DNA of 64,000 nucleotides from the human T2T-CHM13v2.0 reference genome, Homo sapiens (GCA_009914755.4 CP068257.2:15552001-15616000), one strand, 5' to 3'. Shown: positions 1 through 12,974, counted from the first letter of the stretch. The notes: generated from the letters alone by a model not told the origin. Numbers and translations are program-made.

Positions 1-888
1 GTTCAATTGTTTTCTTATTGTCAGTAGTCTGGCAACTTCCACCCATTCCCCTTTAACCCAGCAGTTGATAGCACATGGCTTCCAGAGCAAATAGTCAACC
101 AGTTCTCTTTTCCAAATCTTCACATTTAAGTCTGTCTTCCCCCTGACCATGCCTTTCTTTCTGACATTCCATTATACTTTCTTCACATTGTGTCTCATTT
201 AATTGCTTCCTTTAATCTCTTTTTCTTAAATTTGATCTGCCTTGATCTGGAATATTTTCTGATGCACTGAAGTAAAACTGGTCATTCTCCATTTCATAGC
301 TAGTTAAAAAGATAACTTTGAGTTCCTACACACACTTGGAACTGCTCACCATCTCTGCCAGTGTGCTCACATTTACTTAAAAAAAAAAAAGTCTAAGAAG
401 ACTTACGGCAAAGCATTACCTTGAGAAGGACAGTTAAGAATGTTTTGCTGATAGGCATATAATCACTTGACTGATTTTCACAAACATTTGTGGGAATCTG
501 TTAAAGTATCTTAGTCCAGTTCGGTCTCAGCAGGACCCAACATCTTGACCCAAAGGCCTCCAAACAAAAAGATTCATTAAAGTGGTGAAAATTTTCCATA
601 AAACTTTAAGACATCAAAGAACTAATTTCTGTAGTTCCCTGCCATGCAAAATATTACAGTATAAGTTTAGAGCTAATATTGGAACTAGAATAATCTAGAA
701 CAGATAGATATTCTCAAAATATTGTACATACTTTAAACTAAAATCTAAAAAAGATCCAAAAACACCCGTTGCAGTTTGCAACATGAGTCTTACAGAAAAT
801 TACAATGTGTACTTCTAGCTAAAAGGAGCAAACAAACAAAAATCAACGCTAAGTGAATGATGTAACTGTTTTGTATCTTTTCATCCAC

Positions 889-1030
889 TCAAAAAGAAGA
901 AAGAAAGAAGAAAGAGAGAGAGAGAGGAAGGAAGGGAGGAAGGAAGGAAGGAAGGAAGGAAGGAAGGAAGGAAAGAAGGAAGGAAGGAAGGAAGCGAAGG
1001 AAAAGAAGGAAAGGAAGGAAAGGAAGGAAG
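889..1030. repeat. (GGAA)n/(GAAG)n purine microsatellite, about 35 units with a few GAGA and GCGA interruptions
   Basis: Direct reading: aggaaggaagg... repeated across the interval. Both overlapping ORFs in the track (853-1050 + and 889-1146 -) are low-complexity artefacts of this array. Confidence 0.95.
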
Positions 1031-1054
1031 ATTTTATTTCCTCCGATTAAAAGT

Positions 1055-1128
1055 TGCATTTTCTTTTCTGTCTCCTTTTTTCCTTCCTCTCCCCCATCTG
1101 CCCACTGTTCCCTCTTTCCTTTTCTCCA
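1055..1128. repeat. CT-rich pyrimidine tract (ttccttcctctccc...), inverted complement of the upstream GGAA array
   Basis: The + strand reads tttcttttctgtctcctttttccttcctctcccccatctgcccactgttccctctttccttttctcc. Together with 889-1030 it forms a purine/pyrimidine mirror pair. Confidence 0.8.
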
Positions 1129-3024
1129 TTTGTATGACAGTGGCACTGATTCAAAGAAGGGGTGGAGTCCGAAATTTTGGGTGGTCTTAGTAAAGCTTTA
1201 GTCTTTGGCTAACCTCTCCTTAAATTGGTCAGAAGCCAAAAATTTCCAGTATTAGGGAGAGTCACTTTGAAAAGTTGTATATGCATGTCTGTGTGCATGT
1301 CAATATATTTGCTCTGGCTTAACAAGAAAAACTGAACAACATATCCCTGTGTAAGCTGTGGTTCTTATTTGGTTTCAGTGTTCATTTATTTCAGTTTATT
1401 GTTTGACATCTCCCACTAGCTAAGCCAGGAAACTCATGGCAGATCTTCAAAAAATAACTCCACTCCCACATTTCTTTTTTTCTTTGTTCTGATTCTTTAC
1501 TCTCTCTTACCCTCAAAAAGTTTAATGAAACAAGTGTTCAGGGAAAGATAGTATTTGCTTATTGTATCTTATTATAGTTTTAAGAACCAAACATAAAGTC
1601 TCCCTTACAGCTTCTCTGTTTTATTATAAAATTATACTTGATTCAGATTTGTTTTGAAAGACCAGTTTACTTTTTTTAATTAAAAAGAGGAATACAATGT
1701 CCTTTCCATAAGTAGACTCACAAAGAAGGTAGGAGTCATTTTCTTCCATTAATGTCACAACAAAACAGTCTTACATACTCTGAATTGGAGTGAAAATTAG
1801 AGAAATAAATCACCTGCATGATGAGCATACATTATCATGGAATTTTTAAAGGCCTCATCTTTTGGGTACCTGGCAATAACTAAGCAAAAATAACCAACAG
1901 GGTAAAAAAATGCCACCATCATTTCAATGAAAATAACCAAACTGCTCCCAGAAAACAAAGTAGCAAATCCATTTAGGCTCACTGGTGCATGTCTGGAACT
2001 TTCCAAATGAAACCTTGCATCAAAGAAAAGTTTAAACACTTTTCTTCAAGATCAGTCAAAACTAAACTAAAATTGCAGGCTTAAAGAGTTACAAATTTCC
2101 ACTCTTAAAAGCAATCTTATTTTGTTTGATTGCAGTTGGGTCCAAAGCAAGAAATGAAATATTTAAAATGGAGGATTTGTAATATATTACTGGTATCCTT
2201 TCTTAAGTGGCTATCCCTCCAAAGAATGCCAAAACTTTGTAGACTTGATTGGATTGGTACTGGAAATGGTAAACAACACTGCAAAATAATGAAGAGAACA
2301 TTTTATCCAAGTTAGCACAAATGAATAAGCTTTATTTTTAAATGAAAAATTCCAAAGATACTGATTCACAAAAAGAGGGAGCATTTCAAGTTCACATTAG
2401 AAAAGTCATTGGTAGGAACCAACAATACAGTATTTAGTGTAGCTGTTCTGGAACAAAATGGAGCTAAATTGATTAAGCAGGGATATGAGCTACAAAATGA
2501 ATATCAGATATAACAGACTAATGCTTTAAAGAACTACAAGCTGCTGATTCTCAATAGCCTTATGAGTTTTTAATTCTTACATTATAGAATTCTATAAACC
2601 AAATCACCTTCAAAATGATAATAAATTGAAAATCTTCAAAATAATCAATCTTCTTTGAATGTGCTTCTATTCAAAAAGAATGTGAGAATTGAGTTTTTCC
2701 AAAAAGTGACAAACCTAATTTCAGTGATGATGACTTTTTTTATTTCCAACTGGAGAAAGAGGCAAAGATCTAGTTGCTATTTAAGTTTGACAAAGTCTAC
2801 ATTTTGAGGAAATCTTATTATCCTTAGAATATTTAGAATAATGCTAGTAGTTAAGAGTGAACAATACTGTCTCTGTTTCTATATAGCAGAATGAGCACAT
2901 GCATCTAATTGCAATATTATCTGACAGTCTACTTAAACTACAGTAAAGTATTTTTTAAAAGATTTAAACCCACAAAGACACAAAGAATAAGAATAAAGAT
3001 AACACTGCATTGTGAGAGTTGAAT

Positions 3025-3071
3025 GACACACACAGACACACACACACACACAGAGAGAGAAAGAGAGAGAT
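3025..3071. repeat. compound (CA)n(GA)n dinucleotide microsatellite
   Basis: acacacagacacacacacacacacagagagagaaagagagaga. Confidence 0.95.
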
Positions 3072-3348
3072 TGACTAACGGCTATTTCCTCCCACTAGTA
3101 GTTATGGGAAACTTAGGGTAAAATCTAATTTATGTCAGAGAATACTCAAAAGGCATAGGAACTAACAGCAACAGGTGACTTTATAATGAGGGTTTATGGG
3201 AGACAGGAGATAAAATAAAGAGGCCCAGAGAAAAGCTTTTTGAGAAACAAGCAGATCTCAGGATCCTCTACTTGATTCCATGTTGCTGAGCAAGTGCCCT
3301 ACCAGCACACGTGTAGAATGCTGGAAGCTTATTTTCTAGAAATGATTA

Positions 3349-3376
3349 AAAAAATAAATAAATAAATAAATAAAAG
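3349..3376. repeat. (AAAT)n tetranucleotide repeat
   Basis: aaaaaaataaataaataaataaataaaag. Confidence 0.9.
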
Positions 3377-3454
3377 AGGATACTTTCATTTCCTGTGGTT
3401 GTAGTAAAAGAAGTCACCACAAATGGGGGTTTCAAACTTCAAAAATGTATTCTC

Positions 3455-3836
3455 TCTCAGTTCTAGAGGTCAGAACTCTAAAATCAGTTTCACTGAATCA
3501 AATGCAAGGTGTTGGCAGGACCTCATTTCCTCCATGAGAGAGTCCCTCCCTGACTTCTTCTAGCTTTCTCAAATGGCTGTGGCTCTCCAAACTCTGCCTG
3601 TATAGTCACACCGTCTCCTTTCCTGTGCATGTCAAATCTCCCTCTGCCTCTCTTTCACAAGGGTACAAGAGATCTCACCCAAATAATGCAATACAGTCCT
3701 ACCATGTCAAGATTCTTAGTTAGATCTGCAAAGACCCTTATTTCTTATAAGGTAATATTTTCAGGTTCCAGGGATTAGGACTTGATGTGTTTTGGTGGCC
3801 ATTAAAAATAGTGCCCTTGCTCTAATACAAAGAATA
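3455..3836 (-). mobile_element. solo ERVL-MaLR LTR, MLT1-type, diverged
   Basis: Matches the MLT1 consensus in reverse orientation: tcacagttctggaggctggaagtccaagatcaagg... versus the window's tctcagttctagaggtcagaactctaaaatcag..., ending in the ttcttataagg..attagg motif. Confidence 0.6.
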
Positions 3837-4599
3837 TGTAATTTGCGAATGCCAGGCACCGTTGAGGGCATAGGTACCATAAATGACTATATGAAAAGAA
3901 ACACACCAACTTCTTCCTCACTTAGCTTCCATAATGCCAAAAAAAGTGGACTCTTACCTTCCCTTAAATAGATCTAAAAGCTCTACTGTAAGGAACTTGA
4001 TTAGTCCAAAAAGAAAGTTCTAAAGTTAGTGCCCCCAAAATGCCCCCACCACCAGATTATTCTGCAGTGAAGCTCAAAGTCAACAAATCAGATCCACATG
4101 ATCACAGTCTCCATTCAGTCTTTTATTCTTCCACTCTTAATCACAGGCATACAGAGATTGCCAGATATCTGAGAGAAGCTTCAAACATGGAAGATAGACT
4201 CTAAAATAAACAAACAAAAAGCAAATACCTCTTTGGGGGTAGCAGGCTATTCAAGGAAAGAAGCTTACTTTTTATAGTAGTGATAGCCTCTGAACAATAA
4301 AAACAGATGGAAACATTTAGAGACCTGAAAGAACAATAAAAAAATTTAAGAATTGAAAGACTTAAACTAAAATTATCTACCCATTCAGTCCATCAACATA
4401 TAAATAGAGAAAATAAGCCATTTTCAGATTTGCAAAATACCAAATTTTGATTTTCACGTAACCTTCCTCAAAAAGTTATTGAGGATGTTTACTCTGAACC
4501 AAAATGGAGTAATAGAAACTAGATTTAATCTCTTCCTTAATACAAACAAAAAAAGACAAAAATAATGAGAAAGCCATTTGAAAGACACAACATCAGGCA

Positions 4600-6163
4600 A
4601 CAAAGGTAAATCCTAATATTACCCCAGTTTACCACCTTGAGAGTTTACAGATCCAAAATGAGTGATGAAAAACTCAGATGGAGCCCAGAGGCTCCCTGAG
4701 TTGAGGACACAGAGATGAGACTCCAGAGAGATGAAGAACGAAGTTAGAGTTTCTAGGAAAGAGTACCAGAGAGGAGAGAGCTCACAGGACGAAACCCAGA
4801 GAACTGCAGAATGTGCCCCACAAGTAGCGATCAGTGCTATAAGTGAGAAGACTACCCAAAGTAGGGGGGAAAACACCCAAAAGGGCAGTGTTAACAGCAT
4901 CTGCTTCTCACACAGGGATGGTAAGAGGACCTCATCTCACCCAGCAATCTGGGAAACCTCTTTGTTTACAGGCATTGGATAGGATACACAGAAGGATCTC
5001 ATCTCTGGAGTACTTTTCCAGCCCTCTTAACACATCCAAGAAGCAAAAACTCAAAGGATCAATCTGCTTTCAAGTAACTTGACTGCATGCCCAAAAAAAC
5101 TCAAGAATATTTATAGGAAACAAAAGTGCACCGGACCCAAAAAAGGAAAATGCATAATATCCATCAACCAATCAAAAATTGCCAGTCAGACAAAAAGCAG
5201 GAAAATGTGATTCATTGTAAAGCAATAGAGCAATCAATATTAAACTGACCCAGAACTGAAAAAGATGTTAGAATTAGCAGACACATACATTTAAAATGTT
5301 ATTGTTACTATATTCCATATGTCCAGAAAATTGAGTAGACACATGGAAGATATCTTTTTTAACTCAAATCAAACATCTAAAGATGAAGATACTGGAGAAA
5401 AAATGAACTTGAAGATATAATAATAGAAACTATCCAAATATGAAACATAGAGAAAAAAAGAAAATGAATTTTTAAAAAACCATTGGTAGCTGTGAGACAA
5501 CTTCAAGCAGCCGAACATATGTGTATTTAGAGTCTTCCATGGAAAAGAGAAAGAGGAGGAAAAAGAACAAATATTTTAATAAATAACCTCAAAAACTATC
5601 CAAATTTGATGAAAACTATAAATCCACAGTCTAAAAAGTTCAATGAACCCTGAACACAAAAAATGTGAGGAAAACTGCATAAGAATACATCATAATAAAA
5701 TTGCTAAAAGCCGGTGATAAACAGAAAGTCTTAAAAGCAGCCAAAGTAAAAGCAAACACTATGTTCAGATGAAGAGACATCAAGATAAGAGCATATTTTT
5801 TGTTGGAAACAATGCAAGTGAAAAGACAGGAGAGTAATATATTTAAAGTACTAAAGGAAGAGAAAACTGTCAACTTAAAAATCTATACCTGAGAGATAAT
5901 ATCTTTGAAAATATCAATGAAAATAAAAGATTATTTTCGAAGTCAAAATAAAGATTATTTTCAGACATACAAAAGCCACAGGAATTTATCTCAAACATAC
6001 CAACAAATAATTAAGTTGAACAAATTCCTAATATTTGAAAACAAAAAAAATCACTTTCTAAATAATTCATAGGCCTAAAAAAATTAAAAGAACAAATTCG
6101 AGTGTATTTTAAACAGAATAAAAATGAAAGTGTGTTTTAAAAAGAATAAAAATAGAAGTGCAA
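4600..6163 (+). mobile_element. old L1 (L1M-type) 5' region and ORF1 remnant
   Basis: Translation of 5100-5900 gives L1 ORF1-like peptides (..KLNEPQTQKM.GKLHKNTS.. and ..QPKVKANTMFR..KEEKTVNLKIYT). The first ~500 bp are assigned to the 5'UTR with lower confidence. Small internal tandem duplications sit at 5927-5970 and 6112-6160. Confidence 0.65.
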
Positions 6164-6610
6164 TTGTTATGGGTTAAATTGTGCCCTCACCCCAAATTAT
6201 GTTCTTACCCTTAGTACACCAAAATGTGACTTTATTTGAAAATAGGATCATTACAGGTATAATCACTTAAGTTAAGATAAGGTCATACTGGATAGGGAAG
6301 GCTCTTAACCCAGTTTGGTTGGTGCCTTTGCAAGAAAAGGAGAAAAGACACACACAGAGAGAATACCAACTGATGACAGAGACAGAAATTAGAATGATAA
6401 ACCACCAAGCTAAGGAATACCAAGGATTGTTACCACCACCAGAAACTAAGAAAGGACAAGGAAAGATTCTGCCCAGTGACTGCAGGAGAACATTTTGGTG
6501 ACATTTCGACTCTGGACTTCTAGCCTCCAGAACTGTGAGAGAATAAATTACTGTTGTGTTAAGTGATGCAGCATGTGGTACTTTGTTACAGAAACCCTAG
6601 AAACTAATAT
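6164..6610 (+). mobile_element. solo ERVL-MaLR LTR, MLT1/MST-type
   Basis: Starts gttatgggttaaattgtgccctcaccccaaatt and ends ...cttctagcctccagaactgtgagagaataaattactgttgtgttaag, which is collinear with the MaLR LTR consensus. Confidence 0.7.
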
Positions 6611-6814
6611 AACATATCAAAATGTATGGGATGCCCTTAAAATAGTACTTAACATTTAATTTAACCTACTTAATATTTATACTTGAAAATAAAAGTGATC
6701 TTGTCAATGACATTAGCTTCCAAAGCAGGAAGAGGAGAAGGAAAAAAATAAGTATCTGTGCAGAAATCAATTATCTAGAAATCACGAAACAAGTCAATGA
6801 AACCCAAAACCCAA

Positions 6815-8206
6815 AACTCAAAACAGCATGGTACTGGTACCAAAACAGATATATAGACCAATGGAACAGAACAGAGGCCCCAGAAATAACACCACACATC
6901 TACAACCATCTGATGTTTGACAAACCTGATAAATACAAGCAATGGGGAAAGGATTCCCTATTTAATAAATGGTGATGGGAAAACTGGCTAGCCATATGCA
7001 GAAAACTGAAACTGGATCCCTTCCTTAAACCTTACACAAAAATTAACTCAAGATGGATTAAAGACTTAAATGTAAGACGTAAAACCATAAAAACCTTAGA
7101 ACAAAACCTAGGCAATACCATTCAAGACATAGGCATGGGCAAGGACTTCATGTCTAAAACACCAAAAGCAATGGCAACAAAAACCAAAATAGACAAATGG
7201 GATCTAATTAAACTGAAGAGCTTCTGCACAGCAAAAGAAACTATCATCAGAGTGAACAGGCAACCTAGAGATTGGGAGAAAACTTTTGCAATCTATCCAC
7301 CTAACAAAGGCTAATATCCAGAATCTACAAAGAACTTAAACAAATTTACAAGAAAAAAACAAACAACTCCATCAAAAAATGGGTGAAGGATATGAGCAGA
7401 CACCTCTCAATTGAAGACATTTATGCAGCCAACAAACTTACGAAAAAATGCTCATCATCACTGGTCATTAGAGAAATGCAAATCAAAACCACAATGAGAT
7501 ACCGTCTCACACCAGTTAGAATGGCAATCATTAAAAAGTCAGGAAACAACAGATACTGGAGAGGATGTGGAGAAATAGGAATGCTTTTACACTGTTGGTA
7601 GGAGTGTAAATTAGTTCAACCATTGTGGAAGACAGTGTGGTGATTCCTCAAGGACCTAGAATAAGAAATACCATTTGACCCAGCAATCCCATTACTGGGT
7701 ATATACCCAAAGGATTATAAATCATTCTACTGCAAGGACAGATGCACACGTATGATTATTGCAGCACTGTTCACAATAGCAAAGTCTTGGAACCAACCCA
7801 AATGCCCATCAATGATAGACTGGATTAAGAAAATGTGGCACATATACATCATGGAATACTATGCAGTCATAAAAAAGGATGAGTTCATGTCCTTTGCAGG
7901 GACATGGATGAAACTGGAAACCATCATTCTCAGCAAAGTAACACAGGAACAGAAAACCAAACACCGCATGTTCTCACTCATAAGTGACAGCTGAACAATG
8001 AGAACACATGGACACAGGGAGGGGAGCATCACACGCTGGGGCCTGTCAGAGGGTGGGGGGCTGGGGGAGGGATAGCATTAGGAGAAATAGCTAATGTAAA
8101 TGACGAGTTGATGGGTGCAAGAAACCAGCACGGCACATGTATACCTATGTAACAAACCTGCATGTTATGCATATGTACCTCAGAATTTAAAGTATAATTT
8201 AAAAAA
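6815..8206 (+). mobile_element. L1PA-type 3' end (ORF2 C-terminal part plus 3'UTR)
   Basis: caaaacagcatggtactggtaccaaaacagatatatagaccaatggaacagaacagag... runs through ...ggcacatgtatacctatgtaacaaacctgcatgttatgcatatgtacctcagaatttaaagtataatttaaaaaag. This is near-identical in layout to the young L1 3' end. Confidence 0.9.
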
Positions 8207-8983
8207 GAAGAGGAAAGAAAATTTACATTCTAGCCAGACTGATCAGAAAAAAAAACAATGAAAGAGAAGACACAAGTTACCAACATAAAAAATGAGAGAG
8301 GTAGCACCACTATAAATTCTATGAATATTTAAAGAATAATAAGAAAACATTGTGAACATATTTGTGGCAACAAATTGACCAATTTAGATGAAATGAAAGA
8401 TTCAATATTATTGAGATGTGTATTCTCCCCAGTTTATAGATTCAACACAATCCCAATCAAAATCCTAGCAAGGCTGTAGAAACTTACAAGCTGATTCTAA
8501 AATTTATATGGAAATGCAAATAATCTAAAATACTCAAAACAACCTTGAATAAAAAGCCAAAATAGGAGAATTGACACTACACATGATATGAAGATTCATG
8601 ATAAAGCCATAGTAATCAAGATGATGCTATTGGCATCACACAAGATAAACATGTAGATCAATGAAACAAAAAGTGCTCAGAAATAAGTTCACACGTGTAT
8701 GGACAATGACTTTCAACAAAGATGCAAAGGCACAATTAATTGGAAAAGGACAGTCTTTTCAAAAAGAGTACTGGAAAAATTTAATTTCCATATGGAATAA
8801 ACAAACTTTGATCCATATCTCACACTGTATAAAAAATTAATTCAAAATAGATTATGCATTTAAATGTAAAATCTATAAGAAGTATAAAAACTTCTAGAAT
8901 ACAGCATAGGAGAAAATTTAGGTGACTGAGTTAAACAAGGTTTTATTACTTACTATACAAAAAGAACAATTTATAAAAGAACA
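8207..8983 (+). mobile_element. L1M-type ORF2 fragment
   Basis: Translation resembles L1 ORF2 (..IYRFNTIPIKILARL.KLTS.F.NLYGNAK.SKILKTTLNKKPK..). It was probably the same ancient L1 as 4600-6163 and 9685-10610, now broken up by later insertions. Confidence 0.6.
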
Positions 8984-9355
8984 TGTGTTAGTCCATTTTC
9001 ATGCTGCTGATAAAGACATACCCAAGACTGGGCAATTTACAAAAGAAAGAGGTTTAATTGGACTCACAGTTCCACATGGCTGGGGAGGCTTCAAAATCAT
9101 GGTGGAAGGCAAGGAGGAGCAAATTATGTCTTATGTGGATGGCGGCAGGCATAGAGAGCGAGCTTGTTCAGGGGAACTCCCATTTTTAAAAAACATCAGA
9201 TCTCAGAGACTCACTCACCATCACAGGAACAGCACAGGAAAGAGCCGCCCCCATGATTCAACCACCTCCCGCCAGTTTCCTCCCATGGCATGTGAGAATT
9301 GTGGAAGTTACAATTCAAGATGAGATCTGGGTGGGGACACAGCCAAACTATATCA
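8984..9355 (-). mobile_element. solo THE1/MST-type MaLR LTR
   Basis: Reverse complement of the THE1 LTR: gtccattttcatgctgctgataaagacatacccaagactgggcaatttacaaaagaaagaggtttaattggactcacagttccacatggctggggaggc...gggtggggacacagccaaactatatca. The 133 aa ORF at 8922-9323 is antisense LTR sequence. Confidence 0.85.
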
Positions 9356-9415
9356 TAACACATTTATAATTTTTACTTCATCAAAACTTAAAACTTCTGC
9401 ACTTCAAAAGGCTTT

Positions 9416-9684
9416 TTAAAAATTTTTTGAGACGGGACTGGAGTGCAGTGGCACAATCTCAGCTCACTGCAGCCTCCATCTTCTACAATCCTCCCACCTT
9501 AGCTTCCCAAGTAGCTGGGACTACAGGTGTGTACCACTACATCCAGCCAACTTTTTCTTTTTTTTGGTAAAGATGAGGTCTCACTATATTGCCCAGGCTG
9601 ATCCCCAACTCCTGGACTCAAGCAGTCCTCCACCTCAGCCTTGCAAAGTGCTGGGATTACAAGCATGTGCCACTGTGCCTGGCC
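9416..9684 (-). mobile_element. Alu, older subfamily, with an internal deletion
   Basis: Begins ttttttgagacgggactggagtgcagtggcacaatctcagctcactgcagcctcc and ends ...gtgccactgtgcctggcc. Confidence 0.9.
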
Positions 9685-10610
9685 AAAAGACTATTAAAGA
9701 TTAAAAATACTATTAAAATAATTTTAAAAAGCAGCTTAACTAATGAAATAAAATATTTACAAATCATGTATCTGATAGGGGAATTTTACTCAGAATATAT
9801 AAATAACTCTAAATCTCAATAATTAAAAAACATAATCCACTAAAAATATGGGCAAAATATTTTAGTAAACATTTAACTAAAGAAAATATACATGACAAGA
9901 GAATTTTTAAAAATCCTCAATAACATTAGTCACTAAGATAATGCAATTTAAAATCACAATGAGATTACAAATACAAATCTATTAAAATGGCCAAAATTTG
10001 AACCCCTGAACATACCAAGTGTTGGAAAGGATGTGAAGGAATTGAAACTCTTGTTTGCAGCTGGTGAGACTGCAAAATGGTGGGATGACTCTGTAGAGCA
10101 TTTTGGCAGTTTCTTAAATAGTTAAAAATACACCCACCATATGATCCAGCTATTCTACGTCTAGATAGTTACCCAAGAGAAATTTTAAAATATTTTCATA
10201 CAAAGATACATATGAATGTTTACAGCAGCTTTACTTGTAATAGCCAAAATTGAGAAGCAACCAAAATATCTACTATCAGTTAAGTGGATAAACAAACTCT
10301 GGGATATCTAACTTTAAAAATACAAAACAATAAAAAGGAATGTTCTATTGATACATATTACATGAACGAATCTCAAAATATGCTGAGTAAAATCAGCCAG
10401 ATTTTTGTAAAGTACATGCTACATAATTCTAGTCACATAAATTCTAGGCAGTGCAAAGCAAATAGCAACAAAAAGAACAGTAGTTGCCTAGGTGTGGTGT
10501 TAAAATGATTGGGACACAAAATGAGGAAAATTTGAGCACCACAATAATTAATGATAGTAATGTATTATAATACCTTTTTAAATGCATGACTATTTAAAAA
10601 AGAAAAAGTG
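9685..10610 (+). mobile_element. L1M-type ORF2 C-terminal part plus 3'UTR
   Basis: ...atcacaatgagattacaaatacaaatctattaaaatggccaaaatttgaacccctgaacataccaagtgttggaaaggatgtgaagg... matches the conserved [22 protein letters not shown] segment and A-rich 3' end of old L1. Confidence 0.7.
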
Positions 10611-12974
10611 ACCAAAAAATTAAGAAAAGGAGAAAGAAAGCCTCTACTTTGGAAAAGAATGTCAGGTAGCAAATTAAAAATAAATGAGACAATCAGAAAA
10701 ATAACATTTTGCAAACTGCAATATAATGACTGAATCAGGAAAAGTCATCGATGAATGTAAAAAATGATTTATACTTCTACATATTTTATATTTTCACACT
10801 TGAAAAATGACTAACCTTTGTAAATCTAATAAGTTTATATTTGTTGATATTTCTTACCCATGTGTAGGTCTTCTTTGTTTGAACAAACTTAAACTTGCAC
10901 ATTTCTCTTGTAATACAAAGCAGTTCTGATAAAGGTATATTAAGCTACAAACACATGACAGAATTTTCTAGAGAAGACTTTCTTTGATACAAATAATTCT
11001 GGCAACAGTAAGCAGGTTATTTATAACTCCTGTTCTAATCTAGAAAATAACTTAGATCTCTGTTTCAAACACTTTTACATATTGAGATACACATTCACAA
11101 GAGTCAATAAAGAAAAATGCTTTTATACTATGTTTTCTGAGATTTTTGTGCTAATGACAACAATAAGTATAAAATCTTCTTCAATTTCTATATGTTTGCT
11201 GAGATTGAAGCAAAGAAATTGGTTGTTTATCTTCTATTCTTCTTGCTATCTTTGATAGCTGGCATTTCTTTCTACAGAAACAAAAATAAAGTAGAAAAAA
11301 CCCTCAAATGTCATTGACATGTTTTCAGCAGCTAAGTATGAAATTTAAACATTTCACCTCTGGCAATTTCAGTATTATTTTATATCAATTATCTAGGGAA
11401 TTACTTCTTTATTTAGCTCTAGGTATAAAAAGGAGTAAAATTCCTCCAGTGATTGAAGCTACTGACAGAATTCTGCTAGGAATTTTGAACATACATCTCT
11501 TCCTCTCTCCTTTCAGCAGCAAAGTACGTGGGGAAATTATGTCAATTATGAATTTTTCTGTTATACTTAAAATACATCCTAAGTTTTAAAAAAATTAAAG
11601 CTTGATGCCGCTGGAAAGTTTATTAGTTATTATTAAGAGCCTGAAATAAATGAAGAGGCAAGTCCACCAAAAACAAAAATCCAAAACACAGAAAAATAGT
11701 ATAACTCTTAAGAAAACAAAGTAGATTTTAATTATTTTTATTTTTTATTTTTAAAAGGAATCAATTAAGAAGAGAGAAGGATTTAGATTGTTTTTCTTTA
11801 TTTTTCCAATTTTTACTAAGAATATATTTCTCAGTTACTGCTTCCTATGTCTGCCCAACAAAGATAATTGGAAATTTCCTGCCAATTTAATCTAAGGAGA
11901 TTGTGTACTTGTTCAATGTACACCACTCTGTTTCCACACCAAATGGTCTCACATCAATTGGGCATATTGCATTTCAGTTACAACACTAAGTTATCATCAG
12001 ACTCCACAGGATTAAGGGCTGAATTTTGCACAGGATTGCTCTCACTGTAGATGCCAGCTGCTAGACTTTGGGGATCCTCAAGTCACCTGCACTTCTGACC
12101 AATTGGTTATTAATTCAGGAAGTCCCCATGACATACATAAGAGGACTAGACAAAGATATTGAAATGGCAAGGTCTGGCAGGGGATACAGAGCCTCTATGA
12201 CATCTCCCATGGAGTCAGGGCACATCACCCTCACAGCACATCTATTTGCCAACCAAGCAGCTCCCCTGAACTTCGGCATTCAGAGTTTTTATTAGAGTTT
12301 CATGTATTTAAGCGAGACTGATTAAATCATTGGCCATGTGATTAAACATAATTTTCAATCCCCCTTTCCTCTCTTGAGGTCAGGCTGGCCTTTCTGATGG
12401 CCAGCCCCCATTTCGAAGCTATCTAGGGGCCCATCATGTGTTGCACCATATCAGCATAACAAAGACATTCTTATACTTCATGAAATTGTAAGGATTTTAG
12501 GAGCTCCATGCCAAGAACTCAGGACAGAGACCAAATTCTTTATAATACTACATGTTCTTGGTGCCTTTGATTAACTGTGTGAAACACAACCTGTTCCCAC
12601 CATTGCCTATTGTCTATTATCTAATCAATAAGATCAAGCATATGACTTTACTCATGCAGGAAATTCTTTCCCAATAAGATAAAGTTGCAACTAATACACA
12701 GTTCAACTAGCTTCCTCTCAAAATAATAGATTGTTTATCAGTGTAAATGAGTCTTCCTGTGGACAATATACAACTCAAAAGGCCAAATTACTTGTTTATC
12801 AAATGACTAATTATCAAGACTTACTTTAAAACCCTCACCTTGATGTGTCAACTAATCCTAAACTATTACATCTTGCACATTGTCCAATTCCAACAACCGC
12901 CATTATTAAAAGACACACCTAAAGCCATATGCCAAAGGCTTATAATTACATGTCTTTAATCTCCCTCTTTCCAA

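Noticed and set aside
889-1030. Regularly spaced short repeats that could be mistaken for a CRISPR-like array
   Set aside because: Unit length is 4 nt with no spacers. This is eukaryotic DNA, and the pattern is a plain tetranucleotide microsatellite.
853-1146. Two long overlapping ORFs (65 aa + strand, 85 aa - strand) rich in KEGR / FLPS repeats
   Set aside because: Both lie entirely in the (GGAA)n microsatellite and its CT-rich mirror. They are low-complexity translation artefacts, not coding sequence.
8922-9323. 133 aa ORF (MTELNKVLLL...CENCGSYNSR)
   Set aside because: It is the antisense translation of a THE1/MST LTR. A near-identical peptide appears from the THE1 5' LTR at 49003-49200 on the opposite strand. 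It is a repeat-derived ORF, not a gene.
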